Assembly (NCBI GenBank): GCA_964644115.1
Contig: CAZXVY010000001.1
Location: 1 to 36,255 of the forward strand
Source of the DNA: an uncultured Terriglobales bacterium
Lineage (GTDB): Bacteria; Acidobacteriota; Terriglobia; Terriglobales; Acidobacteriaceae
Reading direction: 5' to 3'
Length of the DNA stretch: 36,255 nucleotides
The first letter of the stretch is position 1. Each line of letters starts with the position of its first letter. Positions 7,977-16,280 of the stretch are shown here, piece after piece. The position numbers and the translations under genes were made by a program. The notes under the pieces are model-generated. The model was not told the origin of the DNA and made no database searches. It worked only from the letters and a program-made list of their open reading frames with translations.

Positions 7977-8678
7977 GTGCACCGCATGCCCCGCCAACTC
8001 GCCCGTTCCCGCCCCGGCCCCCGAGGGAAGAAGGAGCAGACGCGCGCCGCCATCCTGCACGCCGCCCTGCATGAGTTCGCCGCCGAGGGCGTGGCCGGCG
8101 CCCGCACCGACGCCATTGCCCGCGCCGCCGGCGTCAACAAGGCCCTGCTCTATTACTACTTCCGCAACAAGGAGACGCTCTACGGAGCGGTGCTTGACCA
8201 GGTTTTCTCCGGGCTGGCGGCAGCGGTGGGCGGCGCTCTCGACCGCGACCTGCCGCCCCGCGAAAAGGTGCTGGCCTGGGCGGGGGCGCACTTCGATTAC
8301 GTGGCCAGCGAGCCTATTTATCCCCGCGTGGTGCTGCGCGAGATGATGCGCGCCGGGCGCGGAGGCTCGCCGCACATCCGACGCATCGCCAAAAAGTACC
8401 TGCGCCCCATCCAGGGGCGGCTCATGGAGCTGTTCCGCGAAGGCGTTGCCGCGGGCGAGTTCCGCCCGGTGGACCCACAGCACTTCGTGGTCTCGGTGGT
8501 GGCCATGAACGTTTTCTATTTCAGCAGCGCGCCCATGCTGCGCCAGATGCTGGGCGACGATCCACTCTCCCCCCGGCGCATCGCCCAGCGTCGCGCGGCG
8601 GTGCTGGACACGATTTCAGCGGCCCTGTTCACCCGGCCTGGCGGCCGGACGCCGCGGGCGCAACGGAAACGGAGGTAA
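7977..8678 (+). CDS. TetR/AcrR family transcriptional regulator
   Basis: N-terminal HTH motif TRAAILHAALHEFAAEGVAGARTDAIARAAGVNKALLYYYFRNKETLY. The start is ambiguous (GTG 7977 or ATG 7986). The SD for the next gene (ggagg) lies in its last codons, consistent with co-transcription. Confidence 0.9.
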   Translation: MHRMPRQLARSRPGPRGKKEQTRAAILHAALHEFAAEGVAGARTDAIARAAGVNKALLYYYFRNKETLYGAVLDQVFSGLAAAVGGALDRDLPPREKVLAWAGAHFDYVASEPIYPRVVLREMMRAGRGGSPHIRRIAKKYLRPIQGRLMELFREGVAAGEFRPVDPQHFVVSVVAMNVFYFSSAPMLRQMLGDDPLSPRRIAQRRAAVLDTISAALFTRPGGRTPRAQRKRR

Positions 8679-8681
8679 GAC

Positions 8682-9773
8682 ATGTCCACGCGCAGCAAGT
8701 TCGGCATCGCCATGGCCGTGCTGGCGGCGGCCGCAGTGCTCTACTACTTCGCCACCGCGGACTTCTCCCGCGACCTGGTTCTGATCGGCACGGTGGACGC
8801 CAACCAGGTGACGGTGAGCGCGCGGGTGCCGGGACGCATCGAGAAGCTGGCCGTGGAGGAGGGCACGGAGGTGCGCGCCGGGGACTTGATCGCACTCCTC
8901 GAGGCCAACGATCTGACCGCTCAGCGGGACGCGGCCGCGGCCAGCGTCGCCAGCCTGCGTTCGCGCGTGGCCGAGAGCCGGGCCACCGAAGAGATGGCGC
9001 AGGGTGAGACCTCGAGCGGCGTAGCCAGTGCGCAGGCGCGGCTGGAGTCGGCGCATTCGCAGCTTGCCGAGGCGCGCGCAGATTTGGAGCGCGTTCGCCT
9101 GGACAACGAGCGCATCGTGTCGCTGGCCGGCGCGGGAGTGGCCTCGGCGCAGGAGCGCGACCGCTCCGTACAGGTCCTGAAGGCGGCGCGGGCGCGCGTG
9201 GAGGCGCTGGAAGACATGGGCAAAGCGCTGGAGGCCGAAGTGACAGCCGCCCGGGCGCGCACTCATCAGGCGCACGCCGCGGCCAGCAGCGTGGCCGCCA
9301 CCCGCTCGCAGGTGGAGCAGGCGGAGGCCCAGCGCGCCGAGGCGGAAACCCGCCTGGGCTATGCCCGCGTCACCGCCCCGCTGGCGGGAACCATTTCCGT
9401 CCGCGTGGCGCGCCAAGGCGAAGTGGTCAGCGCGGGCTCGCCCATCGTCACTCTGGTGGACCTGAATGACACCTGGGTGCGGGTTGCCATTCCCGAAACC
9501 CACGCCACCGAAATTGGCATCGGCGACGCGCTCCAAGTGCGGCTGCCCTCCGGGGACCTGCTCGAGGGCAAAGTGATCTACAAGGCGGCCGAGGGCGACT
9601 TCGCTACCCAGCGCGACGTCAGCCGCAACAAGCGCGACATCCGCACCATCGTGCTCAAAGTGCGCGTGGACAACTCGAAAAAGACGCTGGTGCCGGGCAT
9701 GACGGCGGAAGTGCTGGTACCCAGCGCCAAGCTCCCGCAGGGCGTGGACCGCGGGCTGCTGGGAAAGAAGTAG
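8682..9773 (+). CDS. HlyD-family periplasmic adaptor (membrane fusion protein) of an ABC-type efflux system
   Basis: N-terminal TM segment AMAVLAAAAVLYYF, lipoyl-like motif VSARVPGRIEKLAVEEGTEVRAGDLIALL, a long Ala/Arg/Glu coiled coil, then APLAGTIS...G and LVPGMTAEVLV. Confidence 0.88.
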   Translation: MSTRSKFGIAMAVLAAAAVLYYFATADFSRDLVLIGTVDANQVTVSARVPGRIEKLAVEEGTEVRAGDLIALLEANDLTAQRDAAAASVASLRSRVAESRATEEMAQGETSSGVASAQARLESAHSQLAEARADLERVRLDNERIVSLAGAGVASAQERDRSVQVLKAARARVEALEDMGKALEAEVTAARARTHQAHAAASSVAATRSQVEQAEAQRAEAETRLGYARVTAPLAGTISVRVARQGEVVSAGSPIVTLVDLNDTWVRVAIPETHATEIGIGDALQVRLPSGDLLEGKVIYKAAEGDFATQRDVSRNKRDIRTIVLKVRVDNSKKTLVPGMTAEVLVPSAKLPQGVDRGLLGKK

Positions 9774-9776
9774 GCC

Positions 9777-10817
9777 ATGAACACCCTCGCACGCCCGCGC
9801 AACGGGGAAAGCTTGAAGGACGGCTGCCCGCCGGCCATCGAGGTCGAGCACATCACCAAAAAGTACGGCGACTTCACCGCCGTGGACGACGTGTCCTTCG
9901 CGGTGCATGAGGGAGAGATCTTCGGCTTCCTGGGACCGAACGGTGCCGGCAAGTCCACGCTCATCCGCATGATGACCACGCTGATCGAGATCTCGAGCGG
10001 CTCGGCGCGCATCCAGGGACACGACGTGAGCCGCGAACCCGATGCTGCCCGCCATCTGATCGGCGTGATCCCGCAGGCCATGACCAGCGACCTCGACCTC
10101 ACCGTGGAGGAAAACCTGCAAATCTACGCCAAGCTCTACGGCGTGCCCGCGCGCCAGCGCCGGGAATCGGTGAACGAGCTGCTGGAAGTGGTGGACCTGG
10201 CGAAGTGGCGCTCCAGCCCCACCAAGAACCTTTCCGGAGGCATGCGCCGGCGGCTGGAAATCGCGCGTGGGCTGGTGCACAGTCCGCGCATCTTCTTTCT
10301 GGATGAACCCACCACCGGGCTCGACCCGGTGTCGCGCGTGGCCGTATGGCAGATGATCACCGCCATCAAGGAACGGCGGGAGCTCACCGTGCTCATCACC
10401 ACCCACTACATGGACGAAGCCGACCGCTTGTGCGACCGCATCGCCATCGTGGACCACGGCAAGCTGGTGGCGCTGGACTCGCCCGCCGCGCTCAAGGCCA
10501 CCGTGCCGGGCTCGAACGTTATCGAAGTGCAGTTCAGCCACGTTCCCGCCCTCTGGGAAGAGCGCTTGAGGAAGCTGGGCCGCGTGCATTCCGTTCAGCC
10601 CGAGGGCGCGGGCATGTACCGCATCCTGTCCGATGAAGGCTCGCTGACCACCACCGAACTGGTGGGCATGGCGCTGGCCGAGGGAGTGCAGGTGAAGTCG
10701 CTCTCCGTGCAGAACACCACGCTCGACGACGTGTTCGTGCACTACACCGGCCGCCAGCTCCGCGACGAAATGCAGAAGGCGTTTGTCTATACCGGGACGT
10801 TGTTTGGAGGAGGATGA
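9777..10817 (+). CDS. ABC transporter ATP-binding protein (ABC-2/DrrA-like subfamily)
   Basis: Walker A GPNGAGKST, Q-loop IGVIPQ, signature LSGGMRRRLEIA, Walker B IFFLDEPTTGLD and H-loop TTHYMDEA. Confidence 0.93.
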   Translation: MNTLARPRNGESLKDGCPPAIEVEHITKKYGDFTAVDDVSFAVHEGEIFGFLGPNGAGKSTLIRMMTTLIEISSGSARIQGHDVSREPDAARHLIGVIPQAMTSDLDLTVEENLQIYAKLYGVPARQRRESVNELLEVVDLAKWRSSPTKNLSGGMRRRLEIARGLVHSPRIFFLDEPTTGLDPVSRVAVWQMITAIKERRELTVLITTHYMDEADRLCDRIAIVDHGKLVALDSPAALKATVPGSNVIEVQFSHVPALWEERLRKLGRVHSVQPEGAGMYRILSDEGSLTTTELVGMALAEGVQVKSLSVQNTTLDDVFVHYTGRQLRDEMQKAFVYTGTLFGGG

Positions 10818-10972
10818 GGGGATTGAATCATTGAGGGATTGAATCATTGAGCGATTGAATCATTGAATCATTGAAAAAGCTGCCTTCGGAGAGGAACCAG
10901 CGGTACGAGCCACTCCAATGATTCAATGATTCAATGATTCAATGACTCAATGATTCAATCGTCAATCATCCA
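10816..10972. repeat. Structured intergenic element, copy A: tandem (gattgaatcattga) units, a ~41-nt core, then inverted tandem (tcaatgattcaatga) units
   Basis: Read directly. Left arm: gattgaatcattgagggattgaatcattgagcgattgaatcattgaatcattg. Core: gctgccttcggagaggaaccagcggtacgagccactcc. Right arm: aatgattcaatgattcaatgattcaatgactcaatgattcaatcgtcaatcat. It occupies the ATPase-permease intercistronic gap. Confidence 0.7.
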
Positions 10973-10987
10973 GTTTGGAGTTCACGT

Positions 10988-12100
10988 ATGAACAGAATGC
11001 TGGCCATCGTGGAGCGCGACATGCGGAAATTTTTCCGCTCGCCCGCGCTCATGATGGTGGCCATGGTGTTCCCGCTGGTGCAACTGGTGGTGCTGGGGAA
11101 CGCCTTCGGCGGCAAGATCCGCGACGCGCGGGTGGCGGTGGTGGATTACGACGGCGGCCCGCAGGCGCTCAAGGTGCGGCAGGCCTTTGACTCGGTGCGC
11201 GCCAACGTGGGCACCTTCGTCCCGGTTTATTACCACGACGAGCGCCAGGCGGTGCTCGACCTGCGCGACGGCAAGGTGGAAGCGGCGCTGGTCATCCCGC
11301 CGGATTTCTCCCGCCGGGTGTACGAGGCCAACCGCCCGCGTATCGCGCTGGTGGTGGACAACAGCGACAACTTCATGAGCGGCGCGCTGGAGTCCAAGTT
11401 TGCCGAGCTGGTGGCCGCGCTCAACCGTCCCGAGGTCGAGCCCCGCCTGGTGGGCCGCATCGCGCTCGACCTGGTCGAGCTTTATCCCTACGTGGAATAC
11501 ACCAAGTACCTGCTGCCGGGCTCGATTGCCTTGGCCATGTTCGTCTCCGTAATGGTGGGCGGGGGCATCGTCTACATTGACGACAAGGCGCGCGGCGTGC
11601 ACGAAGGCTATCTGGTCACGCCCATCACCAAGCTGGAGCTGATTTTCGGCTTCATCGCCGCCGGGGCGCTCAAGGCCATGATTGCCGGCCTGGTGCTCAC
11701 CGTACTGGGGTCGCTGATGGCGGGCGTGGGCGGCGTGTTCCATCCCGCGAAGATGCTCTGGCTGCTGGCCATGATTGCCGCTACCTCGTTCGCGTTCATT
11801 TCCATGATGTTCTTCTTGATGGCCCGCGTGCAGGACCCGCTGGTGCCGCGCGCCATGTTCGGCATCCTGAATACGCTGCTGTTCTTCCCCAGCGGCGCCA
11901 TCTATCCCATTCATTCCTTCCCCTGGTGGCTGAAGGGCCTGGCCTGGATTGATCCGTTTACCTACTCCGTGCACGGCTTCAAGGCGCTGCTGCTGAAAGA
12001 CGCCGGCTTCGCCGCCATCTGGGGCGACCTGGCGTATCTCGGGGTGTTCAGCCTGCTGATGACGCTGGGCGCGACGGCGCTGTTCAAGAGGACCCTGTGA
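10988..12100 (+). CDS. ABC-2 type transporter permease
   Basis: 370-aa ORF with an N-terminal TM, a ~150-aa extracytoplasmic loop and five C-terminal TM segments, which is the typical ABC-2 layout. SD ggag lies 7 nt upstream. It follows the cognate ATPase. Confidence 0.88.
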   Translation: MNRMLAIVERDMRKFFRSPALMMVAMVFPLVQLVVLGNAFGGKIRDARVAVVDYDGGPQALKVRQAFDSVRANVGTFVPVYYHDERQAVLDLRDGKVEAALVIPPDFSRRVYEANRPRIALVVDNSDNFMSGALESKFAELVAALNRPEVEPRLVGRIALDLVELYPYVEYTKYLLPGSIALAMFVSVMVGGGIVYIDDKARGVHEGYLVTPITKLELIFGFIAAGALKAMIAGLVLTVLGSLMAGVGGVFHPAKMLWLLAMIAATSFAFISMMFFLMARVQDPLVPRAMFGILNTLLFFPSGAIYPIHSFPWWLKGLAWIDPFTYSVHGFKALLLKDAGFAAIWGDLAYLGVFSLLMTLGATALFKRTL

Positions 12101-12103
12101 AAA

Positions 12104-12203
12104 CATTGAATCATTGAGCGATTGAATCATTGAAAAAACGGCCTTCGGAGAGGAATCAACGGTACGAGCCACTCCAATGATTCAATGACTCAATGATTCA
12201 ATC
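12104..12203. repeat. Structured intergenic element, copy B (same orientation and core as copy A, shorter arms)
   Basis: Sequence: cattgaatcattgagcgattgaatcattgaaaaaa - cggccttcggagaggaatcaacggtacgagccactcc - aatgattcaatgactcaatgattcaat. By my alignment the core differs from copy A at 4 positions. Confidence 0.7.
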
Positions 12204-12209
12204 CCACCT

Positions 12210-12668
12210 GTGCCATACTCTCTCCCGATGTCGTTGCTCGACGCTCCGGAATACGATCCCGCGCGCGAGCGGCGCAAGAAGCTGCTGGCGCTGGCCGCGG
12301 TGCTGCTGGTAGCGGCGCTGGCCGCGGCCGGCTACCGTCTGCGCCACTGGCCGGAGGAGCGCGTGGTGAGCCGCTTCTTCAGCGCGCTCGAAGCCAAGGA
12401 CTACGAAACCGCCTACGGCATCTGGCTTGCCGATCCCGATTGGAAGCAGCACCGCGAGCGCTACAAGGACTATCCGTACGGCGATTTCTATCGCGATTGG
12501 GGCCCGGGCGGGGAATGGGGACTGATCCAAAGCTACCGCATCGAAGATTCCCACTCGCCGGCCAACTCCACCGGGGTCATCGTCGAGGTCGTGGTGAATG
12601 AGCGGGCGCAGAAGGCGCGCGTGTGGGTGGAGAAAAAAGACAAGAGCCTGACGTTTCCGCCGTTCTGA
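12210..12668 (+). CDS. Hypothetical N-terminally membrane-anchored protein
   Basis: 152-aa ORF with TM segment LLALAAVLLVAALAAAGY followed by a ~100-aa soluble domain. ATG 12228 is a plausible true start, because a CATACT box lies 8 nt upstream of it. Confidence 0.55.
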   Translation: MPYSLPMSLLDAPEYDPARERRKKLLALAAVLLVAALAAAGYRLRHWPEERVVSRFFSALEAKDYETAYGIWLADPDWKQHRERYKDYPYGDFYRDWGPGGEWGLIQSYRIEDSHSPANSTGVIVEVVVNERAQKARVWVEKKDKSLTFPPF

Positions 12669-12708
12669 GCCAGAGTCGAGCCGTACCCTCAGTGCTATAC
12701 TTCGGCTT

Positions 12709-13425
12709 GTGAAGGAGAATGGCTTCAGAATCTACGGGAACAAGGACCCGCGCGGCCTTCCTGCGTACACCGTTTCGGAAGCAGCGCAGTATCTCTTGAT
12801 GCCGCGCCCTACACTGAGATCCTGGGTTGCGGGACGCCCGTATCCGACCCGCGCAGGGCAAAAATACTTCAGGCCCCTTGTGGCTCTGCCGCAGCATCGC
12901 CCTCCCGTGCTCTCCTTCGTCAATTTGGTAGAGGTCCACGTTCTGGACGCGCTCCGCCGCGAACACCAGATCCCGCTGGATCAGGTTCGGGTTGCCATCG
13001 ATTATCTGCGTAGGAAGCTGGGGGTCCGGCACCCACTGGCTGACCAGGACCTGGAAACCGACGGCCTCGATATCTTTGTGCAGAAATACGGTCAGCTTAT
13101 CAACATCACGCGGGAAGGCCAGCTCGCGATCCGGCAGTTGCTCCAGGCGCATCTGCGACGCATCGACCGCGACCCATCCGGACTTGCTGTACGTTTGTAC
13201 CCGTTTACCCGTAAGCGCTTGGGCGAAGAACCCAAAGCTGTGGTGATTGATCCGCTGATCGCCTTTGGACGGCCGGTGCTGGCGGGCACAGGCATCCGGA
13301 CAGCCATTGTCGCCGACCGCTACAAGGGCGGTGAATCCGTGGACGATCTGGCCAAGGACTACGGCCGGCAGCGGCTCGAGATCGAAGAGGCCATCCGCTG
13401 CGAGCTGCAACGTGACGCTGCCTGA
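12709..13425 (+). CDS. HTH-containing protein with a C-terminal DUF433-type domain (antitoxin-like)
   Basis: N-terminal HTH-like motif YTVSEAAQYLLMPRPTLRSWV. The C-terminal segment IDPLIAFGRPVLAGTGIRTAIVADRYKGGESVDDLAKDYGRQRLEIEEAIRCE matches my memory of DUF433. GTG start with TATACT 7 nt upstream. GC is visibly lower than in the flanks. Confidence 0.7.
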   Translation: MKENGFRIYGNKDPRGLPAYTVSEAAQYLLMPRPTLRSWVAGRPYPTRAGQKYFRPLVALPQHRPPVLSFVNLVEVHVLDALRREHQIPLDQVRVAIDYLRRKLGVRHPLADQDLETDGLDIFVQKYGQLINITREGQLAIRQLLQAHLRRIDRDPSGLAVRLYPFTRKRLGEEPKAVVIDPLIAFGRPVLAGTGIRTAIVADRYKGGESVDDLAKDYGRQRLEIEEAIRCELQRDAA

Positions 13426-13497
13426 TCGCCCAGGGCGTCCCGCCCGGGTGATTTGTTTCGTTGGGGTCCCCCCTTCACTTGCTGCTGAAGTCCTCCT

Positions 13498-13926
13498 ATG
13501 AGGGATTTGTCCACCACACCCACCACCTTCTTCCTGGATCGTTCGCTCGGCCGATATTCGATTGCCAATGCGCTGCGTGCCGCTGGCGCCAGCGTGGAGA
13601 TTCACGACGATCACTTCGCGCCCGCAGCCACCGACGCTGAGTGGCTTGGGGCAGTAGGAACCCGAGGTTGGCTCGTTCTCACCAAAGACAAGAGAATCCA
13701 GCAGCGCGTCATCGAACTTACAGCGGTAGCCAAGGCTAGAGTGCGGATGTTTCAGCTGACCGCAGGCAACCTTCAGGCATCTGAGATGGCTGCTGCATTT
13801 GTCGGGGCGCTCTCCAAGATGGAAGCCTTCGCGCGTGGAAACCCAGCGCCGTTCATCGCTAGCGTCACCCGCGGCGGCCGCGTTGGAATGCTACTGAATC
13901 GGGCCCGGCTCAAGCGGTTCCTCTGA
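13498..13926 (+). CDS. PIN-like / DUF5615-type (Mut7-C-like) putative toxin nuclease
   Basis: FFLDRSLG (acidic residue after the first strand), ...LRAAGASVEIHDDHF..., DAEWLGAVGTRGWLVLTKDKRI (second acidic motif), then RVRMFQL...PAPFIASVTRGG. This pattern is typical of the small PIN-like proteins paired with DUF433 proteins. It sits in the lowest-GC stretch of the window. Confidence 0.6.
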   Translation: MRDLSTTPTTFFLDRSLGRYSIANALRAAGASVEIHDDHFAPAATDAEWLGAVGTRGWLVLTKDKRIQQRVIELTAVAKARVRMFQLTAGNLQASEMAAAFVGALSKMEAFARGNPAPFIASVTRGGRVGMLLNRARLKRFL

Positions 13927-13943
13927 CCACCCCAGCGTTTGGA

Positions 13944-14912
13944 CTAACCAGGCCTCGCCGATAAGAGGCCCAAGGTCTTTTCCAGCGACGCCTCATCTTC
14001 CACGTTCATGCTCGTTTGCGAGCGGTCGATTTGTCTTAGCAGGCCGCAGAGCACCTTGCCGGGGCCGACTTCGACAAACGTGCCCGCGCCCTGCGCGATC
14101 AGTTCCCGCATAGAACGCACCCATTGCACCGCGCCCGTGACCTGGCGGATGAGGGCGTCGCGCGCGGGTTCGGCGGCCTTGGTGACGGCGGCGTCCACGT
14201 TGTTGACCACGGGGACGCGCGGGTCGGAGAACGCCAGCGTGTGCAGGTCGGCGGCCAGGCGCTCCTGCGCGGGGCGCATCAGTGAGCTGTGGAAGGGAGC
14301 GGAGACGGGCAGCATGACGGCGCGCTTGGCGCCGCGTTGTTTCGCGAGTTCGGCGGCGCGCTCCACGGCCGCCTTGCTTCCGGAAATCACGATTTGTTCC
14401 GGCGAGTTGATGTTCGCAGGCTCGACCACGCCGGGCTCGACCCCGCCTTGGGCGACCTCCGCGCATACCTGCTGCACGGCGTCGAGCGGCATGCCCAGGA
14501 TCGCGGCCATGGCGCCCTCGCCTGCGGGCACGGCTTCCTGCATGTAGCGTCCGCGGTTGCGCACCGTGCGCACCGCATCGGCAAAGCTGAGCGTGCCCGC
14601 AGCCACGTGCGCGGAGTACTCGCCCAGGCTGTGGCCGGCGACGAATGCCGGACTTACGCCGCGCTCGGCCAGCACGCGCCACGCCGCCACTGAAACCGTG
14701 AGGATGGCGGGCTGCGTGATCTCCGTCATCTTCAGCTTTTCTTCCGGACCTTCCCAGCACACCGCGGACAGCGCGTAGCCGAGGGCAGCGTCGGCTTCTT
14801 CAAAGGTCTGCTGGGCGGCGGGGTAGCGCTCCGCCAAGTCCCGGCCCATGCCCACCTGCTGCGAGCCCTGGCCAGGAAACAGGAAGGCGACGGCCTTGGA
14901 GGCGGCGTTCAT
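13944..14912 (-). CDS. fabD: Malonyl-CoA:ACP transacylase
   Basis: Motifs AFLFPGQGSQQVGMG, GHSLGEYSAHVAAG and VSAPFHSSLM. I prefer the start at MNAASK (14912) over the track start 14948. Confidence 0.92.
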   Translation of the reverse strand: MNAASKAVAFLFPGQGSQQVGMGRDLAERYPAAQQTFEEADAALGYALSAVCWEGPEEKLKMTEITQPAILTVSVAAWRVLAERGVSPAFVAGHSLGEYSAHVAAGTLSFADAVRTVRNRGRYMQEAVPAGEGAMAAILGMPLDAVQQVCAEVAQGGVEPGVVEPANINSPEQIVISGSKAAVERAAELAKQRGAKRAVMLPVSAPFHSSLMRPAQERLAADLHTLAFSDPRVPVVNNVDAAVTKAAEPARDALIRQVTGAVQWVRSMRELIAQGAGTFVEVGPGKVLCGLLRQIDRSQTSMNVEDEASLEKTLGLLSARPG

Positions 14913-14984
14913 GCGGCGCTCATGATAGCGCACGCGGGAGAAAGCCACGGCCTCGCAGGGCTTGGCGGCCGCGCCACAAGCACA

Positions 14985-15030
14985 GCCGGCGAGACGCCGG
15001 CGCTACGAACGAGACGCCAGCGCTACGGTC
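14985..15030. repeat. Small palindrome gccggcg-aga-cgccggc, plus a tandem 20-nt direct repeat (gagacgccggcgctacgaac / gagacgccagcgctacggtc), in the plsX-fabD spacer
   Basis: Read directly: 17 of 20 positions are identical between the two units. The second unit abuts the plsX stop codon. Confidence 0.5.
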
Positions 15031-16066
15031 AGCTCTTAGCGGCCGCAGCGGGCGCGGCCTTGGCGGCGTAGGCGGCAATTTCCTTTTCGATGCGTTCGTT
15101 CACGCCGCCGCGGGCAAACTCCGCGGCCACGCGGATGGCGTTCTTGATGGCGTTGTTGTTCGACGATCCGTGGGTAATGATGCAGGCGCCCTTTACTCCC
15201 AGCAGGGGCGCGCCGCCGTATTCGGAATGGTCGAGGCGCTTCTTAAAGTGGGCGAAGGCGCGGCGCGAAAGCAGGTAGCCCACCTGGGCGGCGATGGTGG
15301 ACTCCAGCGACTCCTTGAGCATGGTGCGCACCATTTGCCCGACGCCTTCGGAAACTTTCAGCGCCACGTTGCCGGTAAATCCGTCGCAGACCACGACGTC
15401 CACCTTGCCTTGGAAGAGGTCGCGGCCCTCCACGTTGCCCACGAAGTTGAAGTGGAGCTGCTTGAGCAGAGGGAAGGTTTCCTTGGTAAGTTCGTTGCCC
15501 TTTACTTCTTCCTCGCCGATGGAAAGCAGCCCCACGCGCGGGCGGTCGACGCCGAAAATGCAGCGCGCGTAGATTTCCCCCATGATGGCGAACTGGACGA
15601 GGTTGTGGGGCTTGGAGTCCACGTTGGCGCCCACGTCGAGCAGCAGCGCGGCCCGCCCGGTTTCGGTGGGCATGGCGGCGGCGAGCGCGGGGCGGTCCAC
15701 GCCGGGGAGCCCGCCCAGCACCACTTTGGCGGTGGCCATGGCGGCGCCGGTGTTGCCCGCGGTGACGAATCCGGCGGCGCGCCCTTCGCGCACCAGACGC
15801 AGGCCCACGCGCAACGAGGAGTCGCGCTTGCCGCGCACCGCTTTGGAAGCTTTCTCCTCCATGCCCACGACTTCCGAGGCATGGACGATCTCGATGCGCT
15901 TGCGCGCTTCTGCGGAGTGTTGCGCGAGTTCAGGATCCAGGCGCTCTTCCTGGCCCACCAGGAGCACGCGCACGTCGTGCTCCCGCACCGCGAGGATAGC
16001 GCCTTCCACCTCGGGCTTAGGCGCCCGGTCGGAACCCATCGCGTCCACGGCTATGACGGTTGGCAT
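15029..16066 (-). CDS. plsX: Phosphate acyltransferase PlsX
   Basis: Motifs [34 protein letters not shown] and HGSS, with the conserved rpmF-plsX synteny. Confidence 0.93.
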   Translation of the reverse strand: MPTVIAVDAMGSDRAPKPEVEGAILAVREHDVRVLLVGQEERLDPELAQHSAEARKRIEIVHASEVVGMEEKASKAVRGKRDSSLRVGLRLVREGRAAGFVTAGNTGAAMATAKVVLGGLPGVDRPALAAAMPTETGRAALLLDVGANVDSKPHNLVQFAIMGEIYARCIFGVDRPRVGLLSIGEEEVKGNELTKETFPLLKQLHFNFVGNVEGRDLFQGKVDVVVCDGFTGNVALKVSEGVGQMVRTMLKESLESTIAAQVGYLLSRRAFAHFKKRLDHSEYGGAPLLGVKGACIITHGSSNNNAIKNAIRVAAEFARGGVNERIEKEIAAYAAKAAPAAAAKS

Positions 16067-16086
16067 CGCCTTGGGGGCGGGGAGGA

Positions 16087-16269
16087 CTACTCGGCCTTCA
16101 CTGCTATCACTTCACGCCCCTTGTAATGACCGCATTTGGGGCAGACGCGGTGGGGCAGCTTGCGCTCGTGGCAGTTGGGACACTCGGAAAGCGAGCGTGT
16201 AGTGAGGAAGTCGTGCGCCCGGCGCTTGCCGGTGCGCGCTTTCGAATGCCGTCGTTTGGGATTGGCCAT
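16087..16269 (-). CDS. rpmF: 50S ribosomal protein L32
   Basis: [19 protein letters not shown] plus the CPNC...CPKCG zinc ribbon, 60 aa. Confidence 0.95.
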   Translation of the reverse strand: MANPKRRHSKARTGKRRAHDFLTTRSLSECPNCHERKLPHRVCPKCGHYKGREVIAVKAE

Positions 16270-16280
16270 GACTCGCTACC

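Noticed and set aside
8616-10847. 743-aa ORF on the minus strand spanning the efflux operon
   Set aside because: It is antisense to three well-supported genes (HlyD, ABC ATPase with Walker motifs). Its composition is dominated by Arg/Gly/His/Ala, typical of shadow ORFs in GC-rich DNA, and it has no recognisable motifs.
10816-10972. Possible CRISPR array because of many short direct repeats
   Set aside because: The units are only 8-12 nt, directly abutting with no unique spacers, and are mirrored by inverted copies. No cas genes are present. The structure is a hairpin element, not a CRISPR.
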